A stretch of 64,000 nt of DNA from Syntrophobacterales bacterium (GTDB lineage Bacteria; Desulfobacterota; Desulfobaccia; Desulfobaccales; 0-14-0-80-60-11), in NCBI GenBank assembly GCA_023512475.1, contig JAILZL010000003.1, positions 54,845 to 118,844 on the forward strand, written 5' to 3'. Numbering within the stretch: position 1 is the stretch's first letter; each line of letters starts with the position of its first letter. The notes under the pieces are model-generated. The model was not told the DNA's origin. It was given only the letters and a program-made list of their open reading frames with translations, and did not search any database. Of the stretch, positions 28,551 to 37,569 are shown piece by piece. The position numbers and the translations under genes were made by a program.

Positions 28551-29360
28551 ATGGCTATGTTAGTGGCGGCGGTGCAGATGCAGTCCACCGCGGAGATGGC
28601 GGCCAACCTGGCCGCGGCCCGGGAACTGGTGCAGGAGGCGGCGGCCCATGGGGCCATGCTGGTGGCCCTGCCGGAGCACTTTGCCTATCTGGGCCCGGAG
28701 GAGGCCGCGCCCCCGTCGGCCCAGCCCCTCACCGGGCCCCTGGTGCAGGAATTCGGAGAACTGGCCCGGCAGCTGGGGATTTTTCTGTTGTTGGGCTCCT
28801 TTCCGGAGACCACCGACCCCGGGCGCCTGCCCTACAACACCAGCGTCTTTCTGGCGCCGGACGGCAAGGTGCTGGCGGCCTACCGCAAGATCCACCTCTT
28901 TGATGTGGAGCTGACGGACGGGCCCCGCTACCAGGAGTCCCGATCCGTGCGGCCGGGCCATGAGCTGGTGGTGGCGCCCATTCCCCGCACGCCCTTCCTG
29001 GCGGGGATGTCCATCTGCTATGATCTGCGCTTTCCGGAGCTCTATCGGGCACTGTCCGCCCAGGGGGCCGATCTCTTCTTCATCCCCGCGGCCTTCACCC
29101 TCACCACCGGCCGGGATCATTGGGAGGTATTGGTCAGGGCCCGGGCCATCGAGAACCTGGCCTACGTGGTGGCCCCGGCGCAATGGGGCCGGCACTCCCC
29201 GGGGAGAACGAGCTATGGCCGCTCCCTGATCGTGGATCCCTGGGGCACGGTGCTGGCCCAGGCCCCGGACGGCCAGGGGGTGATTTACGCCGAGCTGAAC
29301 CACCAGCGCCTCACCCGCCTGCGCCAGGAACTCCCCTGCCTGAAACACCGCCGCCTGTAA
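28551..29360 (+). CDS. Carbon-nitrogen hydrolase (Nit1-like amidase)
   Basis: LPE, YRKIHLFDV, ICYDLRFPE catalytic triad; RARAIEN. Confidence 0.93.
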   Translation: MAMLVAAVQMQSTAEMAANLAAARELVQEAAAHGAMLVALPEHFAYLGPEEAAPPSAQPLTGPLVQEFGELARQLGIFLLLGSFPETTDPGRLPYNTSVFLAPDGKVLAAYRKIHLFDVELTDGPRYQESRSVRPGHELVVAPIPRTPFLAGMSICYDLRFPELYRALSAQGADLFFIPAAFTLTTGRDHWEVLVRARAIENLAYVVAPAQWGRHSPGRTSYGRSLIVDPWGTVLAQAPDGQGVIYAELNHQRLTRLRQELPCLKHRRL

Positions 29361-29517
29361 GGGGGACATGGAGGGGCAGAGCCGGGGGACCGGAGGCCCC
29401 TCTTTTTCCCCGGCGGCCCGCCTTCCTCGAAGACCGGGGAGATGGAGGCCGGGCCCTCCCCAGACAAAAAAGGCAGGAGGGGTCGCCTCCTGCCCGTCAT
29501 GGTGGGGTGGTGGGTCC

Positions 29518-29907
29518 TCAGCGCACGGCCGCGGCCTTGGCCAGCTTCTCCTTCAGGGACATGCAGGCGCGACAGAAGGGGGTTTCGGGCATGACCTCCA
29601 GGCGCCGGGGTTCGATGGGCTGGCCGCAGGATTCGCACAGGCCGTAGGTGCCGTTTTCCAGGCGCTGCAGGGCCTCCTCGATGGCCTCCAGCTCCTGGCG
29701 TTTGGGCCCCAGGAGGGTGAGCTGGGTTTCGGCCAGGAGGCTCACCGTGGCCTGGTCCTCTTCATCCCGGGCGGTGGAGAGCATTTCCTGGTAGCCGTCG
29801 CCGATGTTGCTCCGGAGCTGATCCTTGACCTCCTGCCAGAGGCGCCGTTTGCGCTCCAGAAGCCGCTCTTTCACTTCCGCCAATTTTTCCGCGTTCGGTC
29901 CTGCCAT
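29518..29907 (-). CDS. TraR/DksA family transcription factor
   Basis: DEEDQA (DxxDxA) coiled-coil tip; zinc finger YGLCESCG...FCRAC. Confidence 0.92.
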   Translation of the reverse strand: MAGPNAEKLAEVKERLLERKRRLWQEVKDQLRSNIGDGYQEMLSTARDEEDQATVSLLAETQLTLLGPKRQELEAIEEALQRLENGTYGLCESCGQPIEPRRLEVMPETPFCRACMSLKEKLAKAAAVR

Positions 29908-29950
29908 CCGTGCTCCTTTGTCAAGGGGCCAGGGCCACTGGCCGCCGGGC

Positions 29951-31246
29951 TTACTCCAGGAAGTCCTCCAGGGCAGCCTTCCGGGTGGGATGTTTCAGGC
30001 GCTTGAGGGCCTTTTTCTCGATCTGGCGGATGCGCTCCCGGGAGACCTTGAAGGCCCGGCCGATCTCCTCCAGGGTGTGCTCCACCTCGTCGCCGATGCC
30101 GAAGCGCATCTTCATGATCTTCTCTTCCCGCTGGGTGAGGGTGTTGAGGATGAGGGCCGTCTTCTGGGTCAGCTCGGACTCCAGAATGCCCTCATAGGGG
30201 GAGACGGCCTTGTCGTTCTTGATGAAATCGCCCAGGCGGTCCCCCTCGTCCCCCACCGGGGTCTCCAGGGAGATGAGCTCATCGGACAGATTGGTGACCA
30301 TGAGGATCTTGTCCTCGCTCACCCCGGAGCGCTCGGAGATCTCCTTGAGGGTGGGCTCCCGGCCCAGCTCCTTGAGGAGGTCGTAGAAGGCCCGGTAGCA
30401 GCGGTTGCGGATCTCCTGGAGGTGCACCGGAATCCGGATGGTCCGGGTCTTGTCGTAGATGGCCCGGGTGATGGTCTGCCGGATCCACCAGGAGGCGAAG
30501 GTGCTCAGCCGGTAGCCGGTGGTGTAGTCATAGCGGGTCACCGCCTTCATCAGCCCCAGGTTGCCTTCCTGGATGAGGTCCGAGAAGGTGAGACCCCGGT
30601 GCAGGTACTTTTTGGCGATGCTCACCACCAGGCGCAGGTTGGCCTTGATCATCTTGTCCCGGGCCTCGGTGACCTCGGCCTCGGTGGCCTGGATGCGCTC
30701 CGCCAGCTCCCGGATCTCCGCGTCCTCCGGATGCTGCTTGAGATAGCGCTGCAGCGTCTGGTGAATGAGGCGGAAGAGTTTCTCCTTGGCCTGGGCGCTC
30801 TTTTCCGGCGCCTGGAACCAGGCCTCCACCTTCTTCTGCAGGTACTTGATCTCCTCCAGGTCGGATTTCACCCCCAGGACGAACTGCAGGACGGCCTCCT
30901 GACCGTGCTTGATGATGCGCCCCAGCTCCCGCTCCTCTTCCGGGGTGAGGATGGAGTAGCGCAGCATCTCCCGGAAATACGCGGCCACCAGGCCTTCATG
31001 TTCGGGGATCTCTTCGGCTTCCAGGCCCTCTTCCAGGGCCCCCTCGGGGAGCTCCTCCTCCAGGCCATAGGGCGTCAGGGCGAACTGGTCCGTCACTTCC
31101 AGCTCCTCTTCGGGGGCGAGGTCGTAGTTCTCCCGAAAGGAGAGGTCCCCCTCCTCCTCGGGGATGAAGTAGGAGAGCTGATCGTAGGCAATGAGATCAT
31201 TGCCGGGGTTCAGGTCCAAAAACTTTTTCAGATACTCTTTTTCCAT
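29951..31246 (-). CDS. Sigma-70 family RNA polymerase sigma factor (RpoD/RpoS-like paralogue)
   Basis: ANLRLVVSIAKKY, DLIQEGNLGLMKAV, WWIRQ, RTIRIPVH, SRERIRQIE. Confidence 0.95.
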   Translation of the reverse strand: MEKEYLKKFLDLNPGNDLIAYDQLSYFIPEEEGDLSFRENYDLAPEEELEVTDQFALTPYGLEEELPEGALEEGLEAEEIPEHEGLVAAYFREMLRYSILTPEEERELGRIIKHGQEAVLQFVLGVKSDLEEIKYLQKKVEAWFQAPEKSAQAKEKLFRLIHQTLQRYLKQHPEDAEIRELAERIQATEAEVTEARDKMIKANLRLVVSIAKKYLHRGLTFSDLIQEGNLGLMKAVTRYDYTTGYRLSTFASWWIRQTITRAIYDKTRTIRIPVHLQEIRNRCYRAFYDLLKELGREPTLKEISERSGVSEDKILMVTNLSDELISLETPVGDEGDRLGDFIKNDKAVSPYEGILESELTQKTALILNTLTQREEKIMKMRFGIGDEVEHTLEEIGRAFKVSRERIRQIEKKALKRLKHPTRKAALEDFLE

Positions 31247-31297
31247 AGATATCTGGGCGGGTGCCCTGCCTCACAGGTGAAGTCAATCAAAACTCCA

Positions 31298-31325
31298 ATT
31301 TTAAATTGTTTAGATTCCTTGTCAA
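31298..31325 (-). promoter_or_regulatory. Sigma-70 promoter of the sigma-factor gene
   Basis: TTGACA-16 bp-TAAAAT in an AT-rich spacer. Confidence 0.65.
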
Positions 31326-31418
31326 GGGAAAAATTAATCCCCCTCCGCCCACTTATCGGCACAGGGGTTCAGTTATAAAATAATTCGTGCATACGCCCTG
31401 TCAAGACATCCCTCAGGC

Positions 31419-31447
31419 TTGACCGGAGGCCCACCCAGGGATAGGAT
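31419..31447 (+). promoter_or_regulatory. Sigma-70 promoter of the HD-domain gene
   Basis: TTGACC-17 bp-TAGGAT. Confidence 0.55.
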
Positions 31448-31497
31448 GAGGCCAGGGTCGGGCCCGGCTCTCCGGCCGCGGCCCGCAGGGAGGCCGT

Positions 31498-32487
31498 ATG
31501 GAGCATCGCTTCCTCCGGGAGCTGAAGGACGGGGAGGTGGTGAAGCAGTGTTTCCTGCTGCGCCGCTTCGAGGCCCGGGCCTACGGCGAGGGCAAGGTGC
31601 GCTGGGACCTGGAACTGGCGGACCGCAGCGGCGTGATGAGAGCCGTGGTCTGGGACGACGTCATCGCCAAATGCCCCGGGCCCCTGACCCCGGGGGAACC
31701 GGTGGCGGTCAAAGGTCAGGTGACCACCTACCGCCAGGAGCTGCAGCTGCGGGTGGACTTCATCAGCATGGTGGCGGATCTCAAGGCCCGGGGCCGGGAT
31801 CCGGGCTGCGATCTGGACCTGCTCCTCTTTGCCACCCCTTATGACCGGGAGACCCTGTGGCGGGAGCTCAACGAGCTGGCCCTCACCCACCTGCGTCCCC
31901 CCTTACAGGAGCTGGTGCTCCACCTCCTGACGGTGTATGAGCCCGAATTTCAAACCCATCCGGCGGCCCGGAAGAATCATCACCCCTATCTTGGGGGCCT
32001 CCTGGAGCACACCTGGAGCCTCACCCGCCTGGCCCTGCAGGTGCTGGAGGTCTACCCCTGGCTGCACCGGGACCTGGTGCTGGCGGGGGTGATCCTCCAT
32101 GATGTGGGCAAGCTCAAGGAGTTCACCCGGCCGGCGGCCCCGGAGCTCACCCCGGCGGGGGGCCTGGTGGGGCACATCGCCCTGGGCTGGGAGATGGTGC
32201 GCACCGCCGCCCGGGAGATCGGCTTTCCGGACGAGGAGCTCCTGTTGCAGTTGGAACACATCCTTCTTTCCCATCACGGCTCCCTGGAGAACGGCTCGCC
32301 GGTGCCGCCCCGGACTCCGGAGGCCCTGCTGGTGCACTACCTGGACGACCTGGACGCCAAGCTGAAGATGATGCAGGACCACCTGGAGGGGGACTCGACC
32401 CCCGGCCCCTTCACCTCCTGGCACAGCCTTCTGGAGCGGCGGCTCTTCAAGCCCCGGGTGCGGCTGGAGGAAGGGGAGGAGATTTAA
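31498..32487 (+). CDS. YhaM-like 3'-5' exoribonuclease (OB fold plus HD domain)
   Basis: LADRSG OB fold; HHPYLGGLLEHT, LHDVGK, GHI, SHHG, DDLDAK. Confidence 0.9.
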   Translation: MEHRFLRELKDGEVVKQCFLLRRFEARAYGEGKVRWDLELADRSGVMRAVVWDDVIAKCPGPLTPGEPVAVKGQVTTYRQELQLRVDFISMVADLKARGRDPGCDLDLLLFATPYDRETLWRELNELALTHLRPPLQELVLHLLTVYEPEFQTHPAARKNHHPYLGGLLEHTWSLTRLALQVLEVYPWLHRDLVLAGVILHDVGKLKEFTRPAAPELTPAGGLVGHIALGWEMVRTAAREIGFPDEELLLQLEHILLSHHGSLENGSPVPPRTPEALLVHYLDDLDAKLKMMQDHLEGDSTPGPFTSWHSLLERRLFKPRVRLEEGEEI

Positions 32488-32509
32488 CCGGGACAGACGC
32501 CGACATGCA

Positions 32510-32538
32510 TTGACGCCGGCGGCACCGCCCCTTATGTT
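32510..32538 (+). promoter_or_regulatory. Sigma-70 promoter of USP gene 1
   Basis: TTGACG-17 bp-TATGTT. Confidence 0.55.
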
Positions 32539-32602
32539 ATGGACAAATATGTCAGTGAACCCGGGCGGCGACCCGCATGTCACCCTGGAAGGAGGAACGG
32601 CG

Positions 32603-33085
32603 ATGTTCAAGAAGATCCTGGTACCCCTGGATGGCTCCGCCCTGGCAGCCAAGATTCTCCCTCAGGTGGTGGATCTGGCCAAGGCGCACCAGGCCCATGT
32701 GACTCTGCTCTATGTCTATTATCCCCAGGTGGCGGAGGCCACTCCGGGCGTGATCCAGGAGGCGCTGGCCCAGGAACGCAAAAGCTGCGAGCTGTTTCTG
32801 GCCGAGACCGCCAGGAACCTGAAGGACCAGGGGCTGTCAGTGGACTTTGCCTGCGTGGAGGGCCAGCCCGCCCGGGAGATCATCGGCTACGCCGACAAAA
32901 ACGGCTATGACCTCATCGCCATGGCCACCCACGGCAAGGGCGAAGTGGCCTGGGTGCTGGGGAGCACCGCGGAAAAGGTGGTCACCCACGCCACGGTACC
33001 GGTGCTGCTCTACCGGGTCATGGAGGCCAAACCGCCGGTGACCAAGGAGGAATTTGACGAGCTGATGCTCCGGGGCCTGCCGTAA
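32603..33085 (+). CDS. Universal stress protein (USP 1)
   Basis: MFKKILVPLDGS, DLIAMATHG, LGSTAEKVV; AGGAGG site before ATG 32603. Confidence 0.95.
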   Translation: MFKKILVPLDGSALAAKILPQVVDLAKAHQAHVTLLYVYYPQVAEATPGVIQEALAQERKSCELFLAETARNLKDQGLSVDFACVEGQPAREIIGYADKNGYDLIAMATHGKGEVAWVLGSTAEKVVTHATVPVLLYRVMEAKPPVTKEEFDELMLRGLP

Positions 33086-33668
33086 TCGGCCCGGCCCTCA
33101 GGACCGCGTCCCGGAAAACCAGGAGGCGTTCCCGTTAAATGCAATATTTCACAAGAATTTTCCGCCAAGATTCCGTTGACAGGCTGGGGTTTTTGTCTTA
33201 GGCTGGCAGGCAATCGGACGGGACCGGACGGGTGGGCCCGGCCTTCAGCACGAGATCACCATAAACCAGGAGGATGGAATGTTTAACAAGATTTTGGTCC
33301 CGTTGGATGGATCGGATCTGGCTGCCAAAATCCTCCCGCAGGTGGTGGAATTGGCCAAGACCTTCAAGTCCCAGGTCACCCTCCTCCATGTCTGCCACAC
33401 GGAGGCCTTCGGCGTCAGCGAGGCCGCCCCGGGAGTCATCGAGACGGCCCCGGTGGCGGAAAAGAAGGCCTGCGAGGCCTTCCTCTCCAAGGTCGGGGCG
33501 GATCTCAAGGCCCAGGGGATCAACGTCGACTGGGCCTGCGTGGAGGGGGTGCCGGCCCGGGAGATCATCGGCTACGCCGACAAAAACGGCTATGATCTCA
33601 TCGCCATGGCCACCCACGGCAAGGGCGAAGTGGCCTGGGTGCTGGGGAGCACCGCGGAAAAGGTGGTC
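32870..33668 (+). repeat. 114-bp direct repeat shared by the two tandem USP genes (32870-32983 and 33555-33668)
   Basis: Identical except for one synonymous change (GAC/GAT). Confidence 0.9.
33176..33204 (+). promoter_or_regulatory. Sigma-70 promoter of USP gene 2
   Basis: TTGACA-17 bp-TAGGCT. Confidence 0.6.
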
Positions 33669-33749
33669 TCCCACGCCACGGTGCCGGTCCTGCTCTTCCG
33701 GGTGATGGAGTTCAAACCGCCGGTGCTGAAAGAGGAATTCTTCCTGTAA
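33279..33749 (+). CDS. Universal stress protein (USP 2)
   Basis: MFNKILVPLDGS, DLIAMATHG, LGSTAEKVV. Confidence 0.95.
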   Translation: MFNKILVPLDGSDLAAKILPQVVELAKTFKSQVTLLHVCHTEAFGVSEAAPGVIETAPVAEKKACEAFLSKVGADLKAQGINVDWACVEGVPAREIIGYADKNGYDLIAMATHGKGEVAWVLGSTAEKVVSHATVPVLLFRVMEFKPPVLKEEFFL

Positions 33750-33789
33750 ATCCCGTGGCTGTCTCTCTGCCGGGGCGGAAGGCCTGCCG

Positions 33790-33817
33790 GGCCGGGGTGA
33801 TCCCCGGCCTTTTTTTT
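33790..33817 (+). terminator. Rho-independent terminator after USP 2
   Basis: GGCCGGGG-TGAT-CCCCGGCC followed by T8. Confidence 0.85.
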
Positions 33818-33833
33818 CAGGATCATGCGGGGG

Positions 33834-35153
33834 TCAGGCCGGGGGGCCGGGGGGCAGGAGGAGGTCTTTCAGGCTCAGGCGGGCCAGGTCCCGGGGCCAG
33901 GACTTCTCCCGGAGGAATCTGAGCGCCGCCGCCACTTGGGGCGCCTCCTCCGCCAGCCGGGCCAGCTGGCCGGCCCGTCCCCGGCCCACGCGGGCCAGGA
34001 CCTCCCCCACCAAGAGCTGCTCCGGGGGGATGGCCGGCACCAGGACGCCGTCTCCCAGGTGGCCGTTGGCCTCCAGCACCAGGCCGCAGTCCACCAGGGC
34101 CGCCACCGCCCGCCGCCCCTCCTCCTCCGGCCCCGCCGCCAGCGTCAGCTCCACCTCCTGGCGGGTCAAGAGGGCCTCCCGGGCCAGATACGGCCGGCAG
34201 ATGAGGAGCAGGGCCGTCAGGGCCAGGTACTCATCCACCGGTTCCGGCTCGGCCCCGGCAATCCGGCGGGCGGCGCTCAATCGGCTCAGATGCTGACAGG
34301 CGCAGGCGATCTCATTGCCGAACAGCACCACCAGCCAGCTCCAGAAGATCCACATCACCAAAAAGAGCAGGTGATGGAGGGCGCCGTAGATGGCGTTGTA
34401 GTAAGTGGCCATGCCCTGAAACCAGGCGAAGACGGCGTGGGCCCCCTGCCACAGGGTGCCGCCCAGGATGCCCCCCAAAAGGGCCGCCGGAAACCGCACC
34501 CGGGTGTTGGGCATCACCAGATAGATGAAGGTGAAGGCCACCCACAGCAGCCCCAGGGACAACAGGGAGGAGGTGATGCCGAACAGGGCCTCAGGCATGA
34601 AGGACGACAGAAAGCGCCGCAGATCCGGCTGGCTCAGCAGGCCGCTGGTCACAGACAGCCCCACCGCCATCAGGAGGGGGAGGAGGAGAAAGATGCTGAG
34701 ATAATCGCTGAGCCGCCGGCTCCAGGGCCGGATGCGGGACACCTGCCAGGTGGTGTTGAAGGCCGCCTCCACGTCGGACATCAGAAGGATGAGGGCGGCC
34801 AAAAGCCAGATGACCCCGAAGACCCCCAGGGAGGCCACCTGGGTGCCCTCCACGTATTCCAGGATCTGGAGGGCGAACTCATGGGAGCCCGGGGAGAGGC
34901 GGTCCATGAGATGCGCCGCCAGCAGCCGCTGGATTCCCAGACTCTTGAGGATGGCAAAGAGCAGGGCCAACAGCGGGATGAGGGCCAGGATGGTGACATA
35001 GGCCAGGGAGGCGGCCGTGAGATACGAGCGGTGGCGCACCAGACCCTGCAGGGCCAGCACCACCAGGCGCAGGGCCAGTTTGGCGGGGCGGTCCTCCCCC
35101 AGCCACAGGCGGGTGCGCACATATTCCTGGCTGCGGGCGATGAGATCGTACAC
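33834..35153 (-). CDS. YihY/BrkB family inner membrane protein
   Basis: AASLAYVTILALIP, FNTTW, PNTRV, YNAIYGAL, LFGNEI. Confidence 0.9.
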   Translation of the reverse strand: MYDLIARSQEYVRTRLWLGEDRPAKLALRLVVLALQGLVRHRSYLTAASLAYVTILALIPLLALLFAILKSLGIQRLLAAHLMDRLSPGSHEFALQILEYVEGTQVASLGVFGVIWLLAALILLMSDVEAAFNTTWQVSRIRPWSRRLSDYLSIFLLLPLLMAVGLSVTSGLLSQPDLRRFLSSFMPEALFGITSSLLSLGLLWVAFTFIYLVMPNTRVRFPAALLGGILGGTLWQGAHAVFAWFQGMATYYNAIYGALHHLLFLVMWIFWSWLVVLFGNEIACACQHLSRLSAARRIAGAEPEPVDEYLALTALLLICRPYLAREALLTRQEVELTLAAGPEEEGRRAVAALVDCGLVLEANGHLGDGVLVPAIPPEQLLVGEVLARVGRGRAGQLARLAEEAPQVAAALRFLREKSWPRDLARLSLKDLLLPPGPPA

Positions 35154-35190
35154 GCGTCTTGGGCCTCGGTGCTGCAGCCTCCCTCCGCCC

Positions 35191-35856
35191 TTACGGGCGC
35201 TTCAGATCCCTCAGGCGGGGATCATCCTCCCGCAGCTCCACCGTCACGGCCTTACCGGTATTCAGGCCCAGCTTTTCCAGGGCCGCCACCAGGAGGGGGT
35301 CCACCGCCTGGCGCAGATCCCCGGTGGTGCCGGAGCTGCGGGCCTCCCCCACCCACAGGGGGCGGGAGGTCTTTTTCTCCCGGTAGTCCCGGCCGGCCAC
35401 CACGTTGAGGAGGACCCAGCACTCATAGACGGCGGCGGTGGAGTAGGTGGTGAAGCCCGGCCAGAAAAAGACGTACCCGCCGTGCCAGAAGCGGCCGGCC
35501 CCCACCCCAAAGCTCCACTCCGGCGAGATCACGGTGCGGGCGGCCCCCGGGCCGATGCCGTAAGTGAACAGCATCACGAAGTCCGCCTGTTCACACGGCG
35601 CCAGCCCAAAGCCCCTGCGGCTGAGCAGGCGTTCAAGCTTGGCCTTGATCTCCCGCTCCAGCAGGGGATTGGGCGCCTGGGGGTTTTCCGCCACGCAGAA
35701 GCGGGCCCCCGGCGCCAGATGCACCACCGCGGCGGGGTCGGTATAGCCGTTCACCGACACCGGCAGGGTGGCGGCACAGCCCGTCAGGCTGATTAGGAGC
35801 AGGCCAATCAGGCCTGGGAGCCAAAGGCGGGTCTGGTAGCTCTTGGTATCCGGCAT
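35191..35856 (-). CDS. Putative lipoprotein (DUF4136-like)
   Basis: Lipobox SLTG-C after a hydrophobic stretch; ADFVMLFTYG and LWVGEA segments. Confidence 0.65.
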   Translation of the reverse strand: MPDTKSYQTRLWLPGLIGLLLISLTGCAATLPVSVNGYTDPAAVVHLAPGARFCVAENPQAPNPLLEREIKAKLERLLSRRGFGLAPCEQADFVMLFTYGIGPGAARTVISPEWSFGVGAGRFWHGGYVFFWPGFTTYSTAAVYECWVLLNVVAGRDYREKKTSRPLWVGEARSSGTTGDLRQAVDPLLVAALEKLGLNTGKAVTVELREDDPRLRDLKRP

Positions 35857-36025
35857 GTAAAGTTTCTCCACAACCAGGCCCTCAGGATAGGCCGGGGACG
35901 GAGGGGGGCGCAAGGACGCCCGGGCTCCAGCATCTGTCTCCTTCCGTCTTGCCCCCGCTCTTGAGGGCAGGGGCGCAGAAAGGCGGGCGCTTCCGGCCCT
36001 CCGGGAAGAACACTCCTTCCCCGCC

Positions 36026-36715
36026 TCAGGGGGTCACCTGGGCCAGGATGTCGTTCAGTTTGCCCTTGATGTGGCCCAGCGGCGGCAGCACCGGCAGGGC
36101 CGGCACCTCTTCCTCGGTCAACCTGCGGCGTTTGAAGCGCATGCGGGTGGAGAGTTCCTCCCGCTCCGGGGCGAACAGGCCGCCGGAGATCACTTCGCCG
36201 CCCCCCTCCATGGCCTCGATCTGGGCGGCAATGAGGCCGAAGTCGAAGGAGGCGTTGAATTTCTGAATGTCCTCGTTGAGCAGGGTGAGGTGCATCTGGA
36301 GCTTGTGGTGACGCTCCTTCAGGGCGGCCAGGGCCTGCTGCAGCTCCTCATAGATCCCCAACACCAGGTTGCGGAACCGGCGCCAGGCGGTGAGGCCTCG
36401 GGCGGGGCGGTGGGCCAGCAGGGCCTGGCGCTGGGCCGGGGTAAGCTGCCGGAATTCCTCGTAGAAAGGCCAGGGACTCAGCCCCAGGGCCGCCATGACC
36501 CGGGAGATCACCCGCTCCTCCTTCAAGGCGGCGTAGAGGGCGTGGAAAAGCCGGGCCGCCTTGGCCACCTCCTCCCGGTAGGCCTTGGCCTCCTCCTCCA
36601 GGGCCCGGGTCTCCTCCTCCAGATAGACCCGCTCAGCGAAGTAATGATCCACAATCTCCTTTTTGATCTGAAACTTGAGCGAATCCAGTGCCTTTTCCAG
36701 ATCGTCTTCGGTCAT
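36026..36715 (-). CDS. Hypothetical coiled-coil protein
   Basis: E/L/A-rich helical ORF; its start overlaps the upstream stop (ATGA). Confidence 0.75.
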   Translation of the reverse strand: MTEDDLEKALDSLKFQIKKEIVDHYFAERVYLEEETRALEEEAKAYREEVAKAARLFHALYAALKEERVISRVMAALGLSPWPFYEEFRQLTPAQRQALLAHRPARGLTAWRRFRNLVLGIYEELQQALAALKERHHKLQMHLTLLNEDIQKFNASFDFGLIAAQIEAMEGGGEVISGGLFAPEREELSTRMRFKRRRLTEEEVPALPVLPPLGHIKGKLNDILAQVTP

Positions 36716-37566
36716 GGCTCACTCCCGGGGGGGGACTCGTCGGGCTCCGAAGCGCCCGCCGCGGCAGGCAGGGGAGCCAGGGGCAGCTCCTCCAGGGGCA
36801 GCTCCCGTTCCTCGCCGGAGGCGGTCTCCAGGGTGACGGTCTGGCGGATGATGTTATAGCGGATGATCTTGGCGTCGCCGTCCGGGAGGTGCACCCGTTT
36901 CCCCACCCGGGGCAGATGCCGGCGGATCTCCTGATAGGCGGCGTATTCGTAAGTGAGGCAGCACATGAGGCGGCCGCAGACCCCGGAGATCTTGTTGGGG
37001 TTGAGACTGAGCTGCTGCTCCTTGGCCATGCGCACGCTCACCGGCTCAAAGTCCCGGATGAAGCTGGCGCAGCAGAGCTTCTGGCCGCAGACCCCCAGCC
37101 CCCCCACCATCTTGGCCCGGTGGCGCACCCCGATCTGGCGGAGCTCAATGCGGTTGCGGAACTCCTGCACCAGATCCTTGACCAATTCCCGAAAATCCAC
37201 CCGGCCCGGCGCGGTGAAGTAAAAAATGATCTTGCTGCCGTCAAAGAGCACATGGGCCCGCACCAGGTGGATGGGGAGCTGGCGGGCCAGGATGCGGTCC
37301 TGGCAGAAGGCGAAGGCCCGGGCGGCCAGGGCCCGGTTCTTGTCCGCCTGCTCCAGGTCCGCGGGGGTGGCCCGGCGCAGGAGGGTTTTGAGATTCTCCG
37401 GGACCCGCTGGAGCTCCAGATGGCGGTAGATGGTCTCCACCCTGCCCAGTTCCGGGCCGTCCTCCAGGGCCACCACGACCCAATCGCCCCGTTGCAGGTC
37501 TTCTGCGCCGGTGGCCAGAGAGCAGCAGTGGCTGCCGCCGTTCAGTCGCACTTTGATCAGGTCCAT
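36712..37566 (-). CDS. ricT: PSP1-domain protein (RicT/YaaT family, Fe-S binding)
   Basis: GRVDFRELVKDL, RIELRQIGVR, CGQKLCC, KISGVCGRLMCCL; follows holB. Confidence 0.9.
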   Translation of the reverse strand: MDLIKVRLNGGSHCCSLATGAEDLQRGDWVVVALEDGPELGRVETIYRHLELQRVPENLKTLLRRATPADLEQADKNRALAARAFAFCQDRILARQLPIHLVRAHVLFDGSKIIFYFTAPGRVDFRELVKDLVQEFRNRIELRQIGVRHRAKMVGGLGVCGQKLCCASFIRDFEPVSVRMAKEQQLSLNPNKISGVCGRLMCCLTYEYAAYQEIRRHLPRVGKRVHLPDGDAKIIRYNIIRQTVTLETASGEERELPLEELPLAPLPAAAGASEPDESPPGSEP

Positions 37567-37569
37567 AAC

